This document shows, in pieces, positions 1-10,430 of a DNA stretch of 29,368 nucleotides. Position 1 is the first letter of the stretch, and each line of letters begins with the position of its first letter. The stretch is from Trichinella spiralis (taxonomy: Eukaryota), in contig NW_003526944.1 in the NCBI RefSeq assembly GCF_000181795.1, positions 2,772,205 to 2,801,572 of the forward strand, in the 5' to 3' direction. The translations under genes and the position numbers were made by a program. The notes under the pieces were generated by a model, which was not told where the DNA came from, searched no databases, and worked only from the letters and a program-made list of their open reading frames with translations.

Positions 1-1609
1 ACACGTTCCGCAATTAGATCCGTCTCTGCCGTGGGCGTAGCCCGGTGCAATCCGTTGGCCGGTGCCGGTGGCCATTCGGCTCCTTTCTGCAGCAGATCTG
101 TTACAGTGATGCCTGCCGGCACTTGGGTCTGTTGCATCACGTCGCTGAATTCCAACAGACTGAGCTTCGGCGAGGCCGGCAAGCTGCGCGCTTTCTTCGT
201 GCACAGCTTCTTCAGCAGTTCGCCTTGTTGGAGCATTTGCTCGTAAGCTTCAATATACTCGGCAGATTTGCCCATCATTACCACGCTTATGAGCAACTTC
301 AACAGTAGAAGAGCGACGAACACCAGCGCTAGTGTTGGCCAGTGTTTTGCGGGTTCAATTTTGAAACTTTGGCTCAGTATCCGGAACACCAGAACGCTGA
401 AAATGTTTGTTTCAATTTTACAAATGAACAACAAGTAAACTTAGCTGCTCACCTCAACGGCAACGGTATGAATCCCATTCGTCGTGACACTTGATCGCAG
501 TGATCGGTGAGGGCGTTGACTTGGCGACTTTTCGCCACGTCGTATGCGATTGTAATTGTGAAATCTTTGTACACGTCTGCTGGAATTTCGTTAAATTTGG
601 TAATAAACGCGTGCTTTACCCAGTCTACCAACAATTCGGCGACAAATACAAACACCAAATCAGGAGCCATGTCGAAAAAGTCATCCCGACGCCAGCTGAC
701 AGCCGACATGTTTCTGACGAAAACTGCACCCAGCAGAATGACATAATGGAAACGTTCCCTGACGTCCGAGCAGGCCATTTGGAAAAGATTGTTTCGGGCG
801 AATTTTTTGAACACACTTCCCTTGAGTTCGACGAAATTGTTGCTCATCATGATCGTCAGCAGTGATTTGTTTTGCGAATTGAAAGCCACATTCAGCGTGG
901 TCGCTTGCAGCAAAACCAACAAAGCGTGCAACCAGACGTAGACGATTGCAATCACCAAATAGGGGACCAATTTCAAACATCGCTGCTTCGCACTGCGCAA
1001 CTGACCACCGGCCAGTGGCTCGTTAGCCGTCCAAAACAGCGCATCCAGAATGTCCTGACCGAAACTGCTGAACAACTTGTCGGCCACTTCGAGCATGTTG
1101 AAAACAATGTACAATTTGACAATCGCCTGACCACGAACCATGTGGTACATGATGGACGTGTCGAAAAAGTTGACCAGAAAGCAGGAGACAATTAAAATTA
1201 TAATTTTCAACACATCGCATCGTTCCGAAGGCGAACAGCCGAAACGACCTTGACAAAAGTGACCAACGGCGATCAGAAAGCGCAACGGCAAGAATGTGAA
1301 AACGTACAAAAAAGCATCGGTGCACTGCAACAGACCGCAGAACAAAAACTTTTCCAATTCTCTAGGAATTCTCAGCAGGGCGTAGATTTTTCGACGCCTC
1401 TCAACGTATCTCGCTTCGTCACTTTCCAGGGCATAACCGCGCACAAGCTCTGAACAGAAAAACGTGAACAGCGAAAATCGACCAGCGTTATTATTCTCCT
1501 TCCAGTGATTCGATGCGAACCCGTCGTGGCTATCATCTACGTTGCGTTCCGCTTCTGAAAACACAATTCCTGCTCTCCGAGTTCCATTTTTGTACGCTTC
1601 TACGTTCAT
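1..1609 (-). CDS. TAPT1: TAPT1 / EMP65 family (DUF747) membrane protein, 3' end outside window. Exons 1609-453 and 396-<1; intron 397-452
   Basis: Family motifs IPRELEKFLFCG, YHMVRGQAIVKLYIVFNMLEVADKLFSSFGQD, LLQATTLNVAFNS, MSNNFVELKGSVFKKF, DWVKHAFITKFN and RRMGFIPLPL. First ATG is at 1609. A GTGAG...TTTTCAG 56-bp intron restores the frame (SVLVFRILSQS...LKLLISVVMMGKS), which stays open to base 1. Confidence 0.93.
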
Positions 1610-3192
1610 TGGCAACTTTTGGTAGATTTGAAAAATAGTTTATTTAAAAATATTTTTTCATTTATTTTTAATTAATTTACAAAAATGTAAAGAAAAAACA
1701 ATGCAATATCGCCATTATTGTAATATTTAAAATGTTTATTTTTGTTACAGTAATATGAAATCAGGTACAGTAGGATGTAGTCTGTATTATTTTTACAAAT
1801 TTGTAAATTTTATAAACGGCAATTCTTTCATCGTGTTATTGTACAAAAATTTCAAAAAATAAAAACATTTTTCTCTGATTTCATTCAAGTACTTCATTTT
1901 TTGGATATGAATTGTTTTGAGCTGATTGTCAATTGATATTTGTCAAACCTAATTGATTGTCTAATTGACTGTTAGATTTTTCATCGTTTATAAATCAACG
2001 AAACGTTTTATTCAAAATTTTAAATATTTAAATTATTTCATTAAACAAAGCATGATAAACAGAATGAGATCATTGCCGAAGTCTTAATCATCAGAAACTT
2101 TTATTTGCACCTATCTTGCGCGCAGTTGTATTACTGTTCGCCTGCTTTATGCAAATTTTCTTTGTTTGCCATTTTCGACTTGTGAACGTTTCGTGTTTGG
2201 TTGAAGTTATTTTCGACTACTGTTCATTGCATATTTGAATTGAACAAGTATTCAATTTCTTATTTCTGTTAAATCTGTTTCTGATTGCAGGCGACATTTT
2301 TATTTTACTTCAGTACCGGTGAGTTGTTTTTTTTCCGTTTTTTGGCTTAACATTTGTTGTTGGTAGAGATTTTATTACTTTTAAAAAATTATTGCCATCA
2401 CTTTCTTCCGAACAAACTGAAATTAACAGTCATTTTGCTGTTGCTGAATCTGTGAAGCAATTTCAGATCAACACTTTAATAAACACGTTACAAAGATTTT
2501 AATTAAATGCTGGAAAATTTAGAATAATCAGGATAAAGTTGTTTTTTCATTAAAAAAACTTTTTCTTCAATTTATTTGAGACGCCCGATTAGCTCAGTTG
2601 TTGAGAATTATGTTTAAAACGTCGTGTAGCGTCGTTTAAAGTTTTACTGATTCAAAGTGAACAAGTTGCTGAAATGCGCGTTTTTCAACGCACTGGTGCC
2701 CTCCTTACTTGTTAATAACAGTCATACATTTCACAGTGGATTTATTGCTATATCTGTTGACGTTATTCATTTCTTGTCATTATTACTTTTTATTAATTAC
2801 GTCATTTTGGCCTCTGAGACATACGATTTCCTTCTACAGCGAAACATACTGTACAAAACTGCTTGTGCAAAAGCGATTATCAAGTGCCTTCTTGCATGTT
2901 ATTCATATTTTTTCTTTCAAATTCAAAAGTTCAAATTTCTGTTCAAAAGCTCTAAATACGCCATAAATTTTCGCAACGAACTTTTATTTAGTTGCTTTTC
3001 TTTGGTAAGGACACTTCATAAGCTGAGTTGACTAGAATTGGACGCCCCCGTCTGATTTGAGAAATGAAAATGACTAGCAGGTACAGTTTGTTTTTGTTTG
3101 TCTGTTTCAATCCCTGACAATTTTGAATGGATAAACTGAAAAAAAAGCTACAAATGTTGATGAGCAAAGAGGAAAAACACAAACTCCAACAG

Positions 3193-6110
3193 TTATTTCA
3201 ATATTTCACTCCAATCATAAGGGGTCTCTGCCAGATTCCACGCTTCTTCAACTTTGTAAGATGGATAAAAACCGCTCTTCTGGGTTCTTCTGTTCACACC
3301 TTTGCTGTATCCGTTCCAATGATTACCAGCAATGCCAATTCGATCACCAATTTTCAGCTCAATTTCATCTGGTCCTTCGGGTTTGTGGTCCATGAGCGCG
3401 GTAACGTCATGCGGATGCTGTCCACCGAAATAATACACGTCATCCAGAGAACGAAAAGCGTACGCCATGTCGTCGCCTCTTGTTTGCATCAGTTCGTATG
3501 CTAGTCGGCAAACCTGGAAAATTTTCACACTTTGAATAAAGGAATTTGAACGCAAAAAGCACAGAAAAAATTCAATCCTACCTGTGACGAAAATGTGCAA
3601 ACCAGAAAATCGCACAACGACAAAAAGTGCACGTCAGCAATGATCCCATGCAAAGATGCATCAGTGTAACGCTTCTGGGCGGTGGCCGATTTTGCCACCT
3701 CATAACTGCCGATGAACAGATAATTTGGATATTCTCTTTTGAGATCGTCGAACACGGTCGGCTCGTCAGTAGCCACGTAAACTGCCCTTTTTCCACCGGC
3801 CGGTAGAAAGCTGTCATTGTGCAACATTTGCACATCGTACCAATTTTCCACCTCTTCCATGTACTCTTTGACACTGTGGAATGAAGCTTCGGATAATAAT
3901 TTGTCAGTTCGTCGAACGTGAATTCTGCAAAACAAAATTCGCAAATTTCTCTTCTGCAAACAAAAATGGGAAAGCACTTCATTCTACCCGACAATTGGAT
4001 GTCTGAAGCCGTATGTTTCAAGCTTTTCGTCTAAATCCAGCTTCACTGAATCCACAAAACGCATCAAATAGCGAACAAATTGTCCAATCCACCAAACTGG
4101 AGGGTACGAATGCACTTGAAGCAACCTGACAAAAAAGCAGTGTAAATTGTTCAAAATGTAGCAGAGCTTCAATCGACAACAAAGAAATTTAAATAATTTT
4201 TCAAATTTCACACTCACTCATCGGCTAATTCTTTTGGAAAACTCAACGGAAGATAAGGATACTGCTCTTTGTCGAAAATGATGTCCACGATTGGTGCATC
4301 AACCAAGAAGCTTTTTTTCAAATCTACGCAAGCAACAACATTTATGATTTATTGAAGAAACATTTTTAAAGTTATTTCCACCACCTTCGGCTGTAAACAT
4401 CGACGGTGGAACATCTTCCGCTTCGGTGCACGTCTCGCTGAGAGGCTTGAAAACACTCGTCCAACCACGCGAAGAATAACTCCACCGATCACCTCGGAGA
4501 ATCATCGTCCTGTTTGTGTAATAGGAAACAATCAAGCAAAACGTCACATGGTGCATCTGGCAACCGAATCCGCAAGCTGAAACAACATTAACAATAATAA
4601 AGAAATACATAAAACATTCCCGACTAATGAAATTCAATTAATAACATTTGTTCAAAGTGCAAGTCAATTTTCTGGCGACGTGGCATTTTTCAGGATTTTG
4701 CAGACGTCCAAGCTGTTCTTGTACAGCATTGCCGAGATGTTGAAGCCTGGCACTTCGTAACTGCAAACGATCATCCGCTTCACCGAGTTTCAAACTCTGG
4801 GTGATCAATTTTCTGGAAATTATATTTAAATTATAAAAATCCAAAACATAAATTGTGAAAATATTGTTTTCTTTTAACTGATGTTGCCGTTTCAAACGTT
4901 GGTACGCTTTGGCAATTGCTTGATGAGCATCATCTTGCTTTTCCTCTTTCAACAACCCTTCGAATACACCACGAATTGCGAAGCCGAGTTCTGTCAATTC
5001 CAAATGCAAACGCTGGTATATCAATTCGTGGGACGGTGAAATTCGACGCTGCTGTTGTGTTTGACCATGGTTGTTCTGTTCCGGTGCGGTCACTCTGGGT
5101 CTTGGGAAAAAATTCCTATTGTCCACCAATTGCGGACATTGCTTTCTGAAATCAATTATCCACAATTTATGACGTCACAATAATGATATGAATGTCGATG
5201 AAATCATTTCTTTCATCATTATACAACAATAATACAATTCCTACTTCATTGATTCAACGAAATGCTACACTGTTCTGATTGAATTTGTTCGTTTTCACAT
5301 TAATCACTCAATTCAATAAGCATCATTACCAATAAGAAGGAAAAATTACTACTATTTTTTTTAATATGACGTCATTTAACAATCGGCTCTTTTATATATT
5401 TTCTTATTCTTCTTTTTTTGTATTCTCGTTCAATATTATCGATTACTGGAGAATTTAATTTTCGATCAAGTACAGCTCTTTTAATCTCTATCGCATTATA
5501 ATCAGCACACTGACTTTCTTTCAGAACATATTATGCAAATATTTACAATTAACGACGACAGTTTTTCTACTGCTTTTTACAATAAACATCTTTTGTTGCT
5601 TTAATGTCAAACTCTGTTAAATCAATAAACATCATTTAATGAATTTGAAAATGGAAAGCATTATGGATTATTAACTGAAAAATAAAAAAGTATTTATTTC
5701 AATATCTGAAAAACCTGTTGTACATTATCTTACTGTACATATTTGTTGCAGATGCTTTGCAGAGAAATTGCATAAAAATGTGCTCACTTACTGGAGAACA
5801 TCAAAAGCTTGTTGAATAGAATCACTCTGTTGTCGTAAAGTGTTCACTTCTGCTATGGCTTCCTCCAAACGCTTCAACAAATGTTGATCAACATCCGAGT
5901 TGTAATAAGGGTCTGCTGCTGAAAAAAACTCAACTTCAGCCGAACAGAACATTGAATCTGGGCAAACCGCTACTCACATGACTCGAAAAAAGGAGGCAAG
6001 ATGACGAGATAAAGCACATATGCTAGCCAAAGGAGACATGAAGTACCAATGAACATAAGCACGAGACGAGGCATGACACTGACGCGTCGATTATCAATTT
6101 TTGACCTCAT
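3193..6110 (-). CDS. fut-8: Alpha-1,6-fucosyltransferase (GT23), ~597 aa. Exons 6110-5978, 5918-5792, 5145-4879, 4812-4646, 4576-4385, 4323-4218, 4125-3988, 3924-3582, 3513-3193
   Basis: Type II N-terminal TM segment (LVLMFIGTSCLLWLAYVLYLVIL), a coiled-coil stem, and motifs LQNPEKC, KSCGFGCQMHHV, PYLPL, PPVWWIGQ, GIHVRRTDK, VYVATDEP, CDFLVCTFSSQVCRLAYE, SLDDVYYFGGQ, plus a C-terminal SH3 (GDRIGIAGNHWNGYSKG...GFYPSYKV). All eight introns are GT-AG and phase-consistent; exons total 1794 nt. Confidence 0.95.
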
Positions 6111-7315
6111 CTGCCAGAATGTCAGGATGAATCAAAGGCACGTCTTCTGGGCAAGCAGAATTTATTATTTATTGCGCTGTTGGATTATACTGACGCGTCC
6201 AATGGTTGCACTCTTTTGGGACGCTTGGCAAGCCAGTTCGAAATTTGATTGCAACTTTTGGAAGAACGTTTCGACCAATTAAAAGAAACCAAACAATTCT
6301 CCACACCCCTGTCCAAAGTATCTCTCGAATTTGCAGTGGAAAATTTCAAGATTGAACAATTTATGATGTAGCGAAGCTCGTCAGACGTCAGCTGAATTTT
6401 GAATAAGCTGTTTCTACAAACCAACGGTACCTGAAATTAACACACTTGTTAATGTCAATATTCACATGGTAAATTGAAACGAGGCATTTCTGTTCACCTA
6501 ATACGACAGTGCGAAATTTCAATCAATCAAATCAAAAAAAACAATACATACGACAAATTAAAAGGTAAACAGCAGTTGTTTAGTCGTTGAGATTAAAATT
6601 ATACATACAGTAAGATTTAAAATAACTACCTGCGATCTAATAAAAAATTCTTCTTTTATAAATGAAAACGTATCACAAATTGCTAAAAAAAATAATATCT
6701 AATTACTTTATGCTGCATGAAAAATAAATGCTCTCAACTCGAAAGCTATTCAGAAACTTTGAAATTCCTTTAATAAATTACAGTAAAAATCAATTCAAGT
6801 TTAAAATTTATTAATGTAATTATATATTGATGTTCACGTTGATGAAGCATATTTGAAATGTAATATATTGTATTTAAATTTTCAAACTAATGGTGGATAT
6901 GTAGTTAGTATAATTGGTAGAATTGGATGATGGAATATTTAGCTTAATCAAATAATTAAAATTCATAAACATTGGGAAATGAGCAGTAAATTTTACAGTA
7001 ATTAATTAAAACACTATAGAAATGAAGGTGAAGTGTCATTCGTTCATCATCATAAAAATATTTGCAACCAATTTATCATAATATACGCTTTAAAATAATA
7101 AGATTATAATAATAAAATAATAAAATGCAATAACGGCTTAATTTTGCTTTAAAAAAAATAAATTTTTATGGTGATAATTTTTGAGCTACCGTTTTTTGTT
7201 ACCTGAATTTCATTAACAACGATATCGTATATTGCCTAATCAGCAATTTTGATAGTAGTTTTCCGTCGTATCACTGTTCGGTATTTGTTGCAGTTTGTTA
7301 TTTCGAACACTACAA

Positions 7316-9849
7316 ATGGCTATTGCAGGAGTAATTTGTGCTTATTGTTTAATTGCTGTTATGCCAGTGTTGATCATATTTTTTTCAGACGTTGTATGGT
7401 GATCCGAATGGCTTCCGGGCGAAAAAAATTATTACAGCAGCTGAATTTGCTAACAAAAAGATCAAAGTTGAAACTCTTAACAAAATGAAACGCAACTGGG
7501 CACACCCACCATCGGTAAAATTTATTTTTAATTTATTTCATTAATAGTGACCGATTTATTTAGGAACTTTTGTTCGTAACAAACGAAGGAAATCAACTTT
7601 TTGATTGTAATTCTATTGCGTGCTATTTGGCGAATCCATTTCATGGCAGTGGTGGAGGTGATCAATTTCATGATTCAGAAGTTCTTCAATGGATTAACAT
7701 GGCCGACTCAAAAATTCTTGCACCTATTTTATCATGGGTCATTCCATGTTTGTCGGCTGAATCGTACAACAATGTTGTAAGTTAATATTGTTTGTTTTCT
7801 TTTATTTAACAGATTTTTGTCATATAAGTTTATTGTTACGTTTCTTACTGAAAATATTTTTTCACGAATTTTCACGAAATGTTGTAGCTGTTAAATTGCT
7901 TTTGTTCATATTATTTCTATTATGATGTGGTAATTGAAACTGTACAGTTATATAAGATTGTGTGTAACTTTTGTATAAATTGATTGAAATTGAGCTAAAT
8001 GTACTTATGAATCATGTTTAAGCTTTTTATTTATGCATGGAATATTATTTTAAATATTAATATTGTTTTTATTATTTGTTAATTTTTAGTTGTTATTTAT
8101 ATATTTTCAACCTTGATGACATTTCTTCACAGTGCAGAATGGAAAGCAGCACAGCGTTATGTGCTGAGCATGGGTTTTTACTTCCTTTGTTTGTTTGATG
8201 TTTATTTTTTTATTGGTTTATATTCTTTTTTTTTATTATAACTTACTTCTAATTCCATGGGTAATGTAATTTTTGGAAATAGGGTAAACATTTAAAAAAT
8301 TTTTAGCGGTAGACGTCGAAGCTGTTTAATAATTAATTTTAAATGTTTAAGTATGTCACTGAAGCAAAGGCAGAATCCCTGGAAGCAATGGGATGGTTGA
8401 ATGAGCAATTACTTTCGAAGACGTTTTTGGTCGGAGAGCGAATATCCGTAGTGGATATCATTTTGGCGTGCAATGTTTTACCAGCTTACCAGCACGTGGG
8501 TTTACCATTTTCCTGCTTTATTTTTATAGTTTCATATATATAGTTTCTATGTATTATTTATTTTTATAGTTTAATTTATAGTTAGCCATTCTCTTTTTAA
8601 AGAAAAGCATATGATTGTATGCTTTTAACTCAAAGAGATAAAGAATAGTTGTACTCTTTCCCAAACAGTAGTCTTCTGCCAATATTGCATTGAGTACTAC
8701 ATTATTTTTTTAATTAAAAAAGATTTTTTTGTTTTTTTATTTGATTTGATTTGTTTGTTGTTTAGCAAAGTTTTAATTAATGAATTTAACAATGCAGGTT
8801 TTTGATGAGAGGGTTAGAAAGCTATACCCCAATGTTACTCGTTGGTTCTTGACTATCATAAATCAACCGTTTTTCAAAAAGGCGATAGGGGATGTACCTT
8901 TGTGTGACAAACCAGCCGTATTTGATTCAAAAAAGTTTGAAGAATTTATGAAAAAAAGTTTAACTGTCGAACGCATAGGTTTGTATTATTTGTTTTGTAT
9001 TAAATGATAATTTGTTGCCATACGGTGGGATTTGTGCTTTTCAGCGCCGAAAGATAATAAAGATGGAGCAAAAGTGCAATCGAAAGCGAAAGCAAAACCA
9101 GCAGAAGCTCCTAAAAAGGAAGTTGAAGTTGACGTTGAAGAAAAAGTAGCAGAAAGTGACAAGAAAGATCCATTTGCTGCTTTTCCAAAGGGGTTGAACG
9201 TTTTTTTTTCTCAAGAAAATTCAGTGGTGAAATTATTGTTCAGTGTCAAATTGTTTGTTTCAGAAAATTTGATATGGATGGTTTCAAACGAGTTTACAGT
9301 AATGAAGATACTGAAACCAAAGCAATACCATATTTTTGGTCCCATTTTGATCCGGACAATTACAGTATCTGGTTTTGCGAATACAAATATCCAAAAGAGT
9401 TGGAAAAAGTGTTCATGAGTTGTAATCTCATAACGGGTGAGCTGTTTGGATTTATTTTTGATTTTTTTAAACTTTTGATGTTTTGTTGTTGTTTATTTCA
9501 AGGCATGTTTCAACGACTGGATAAGTTGCGCAAGAATGCGTTCGCAAGTGTATGCCTGTTCGGCGAAGATAACAATTCAACAATATCCGGCATTTGGATA
9601 TGGCGTGGGCACGAATTGGCGTTTGAGGTGAAATTCGGTTGTGTTGAGCGTTTTTCTTTTTTTTTACTATTTTTCTTTCTTATTGCTGTTGTGTAGCTAT
9701 CGGAAGATTGGCAAATTGATTATGAAAGTTACAGTTGGTCAAAGTTGGATCCAAAAGATGAGAAGACAAAATCACTCGTGAACGAATATTTGAAATGGGA
9801 AGGGAAGTTCGACGGCAAGAAATTCAATCAGGGGAAAATTTTCAAATGA
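7316..9849 (+). CDS. eef-1G: Translation elongation factor 1B gamma, ~425 aa. Exons 7316-7330, 7389-7514, 7564-7776, 8352-8495, 8798-8978, 9045-9192, 9264-9436, 9503-9627, 9697-9849
   Basis: GST-like N-terminal region (GTLYG...[23 protein letters not shown]), a Lys/Glu/Ala-rich linker, and the EF1G domain ([69 protein letters not shown]). All introns are GT-AG and phase-consistent; exons total 1278 nt. Confidence 0.96.
8109..8176 (+). ncRNA. Candidate intronic box C/D snoRNA (eEF1G intron 3)
   Basis: C box TTGATGA 8113-8119, D' CAGA 8135-8138, D box CTGA 8164-8167, terminal AACC/GGTT. The 13-nt element TTTCTTCACAGTG directly before D' is complementary to a conserved LSU rRNA segment as recalled (CACUGUGAAGAGA). 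It is a more GC-rich island in an unusually long (575-bp) AT-rich intron of a translation-factor gene. Confidence 0.72.
8589..8704 (+). ncRNA. Candidate intronic box H/ACA snoRNA (eEF1G intron 4)
   Basis: Hairpin 1: TCTCTTT/AAAGAGA lower stem, AAAAGCATA/TATGCTTTT upper stem, internal loop between. Hinge with ANANNA (AAAGAA 8640-8645, or AGATAA 8636-8641). Hairpin 2: GTACTC/GAGTAC lower stem, CAGTA/TATTG upper stem, internal loop. ACA at 8699-8701 followed by TTA. Confidence 0.75.
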
Positions 9850-9891
9850 TGCCGTGTTTGTGACTGATGAGCTTTTGCTGTTCGACACGTG

Positions 9892-9897
9892 AATAAA
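9892..9897 (+). promoter_or_regulatory. Probable polyadenylation signal of eEF1G
   Basis: AATAAA about 40 nt after the stop codon, followed by T-rich sequence. Confidence 0.55.
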
Positions 9898-10430
9898 AAG
9901 AGAGAGAAGAATTTTTGCATATCATTTTCAAAATTACATCATTTGATTCATTTTTTTATTTTTCGAAATGTTGTTTTGACACTTTGCGCACTTTCTATTT
10001 TTAATAATTTTTAATTTTCACTTTCCTATTGAAAATGATGATAATTTGGTTGTGTCGGTTGTGCATCAAATTAATTGCTGGTGAAAACTGATAAGCAGGC
10101 CTCTGTTGTTTGTTGGTTTGGAGCGTGAAAAAGATCTATGTGCGTGCATACGGGTTGCAACGCATCCGCTTTTATATGCGTGTTGTCAGTTGTTGTGACG
10201 GAAAGAGTTTCAAGCAGGCTTTCAACTTTCAAACTTCAAATTGATTTTAAGCTCAATGATCAGGTCGGTTGGGCGAAAAGTTGGCCAATTTTATTATTAC
10301 ACACACGTCAGTCATCATTTTCCTCCTCACTCATTCACTGCAAAGTGGCTACTTTTTGTCTTTGGCATTTTATTTCGACTGGAAATATTGTGCTTTGTGG
10401 TTGGTTCACATAAACAAAAGAAGACTGAAA

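Noticed and set aside
31..1453. Several + strand and alternative-frame ORFs over TAPT1
   Set aside because: Shadows of the real TAPT1 coding exons.
2660..2765. H/ACA-like pattern (AACAAGT/ACTTGTT stem, ATAACA, GTCA/TGAC stem)
   Set aside because: No ACA box after the second hairpin, and the upper stems are weak.
2657..3182. 124-aa, 85-aa and 64-aa ORFs between TAPT1 and FUT8
   Set aside because: Composition is typical of AT-rich non-coding DNA, starts are mostly non-ATG, and there are no motifs.
7880..8030. Additional hairpins and an ATGATGT C-box-like motif in eEF1G intron 3
   Set aside because: AT-rich stems only; no CTGA, H or ACA box at suitable spacing.
8131..8220. Alternative eEF1G exon after CTTCACAG
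   Set aside because: The translation does not resemble the missing GST-C helix, which exon 8352-8495 supplies. The segment is better explained as a C/D snoRNA.
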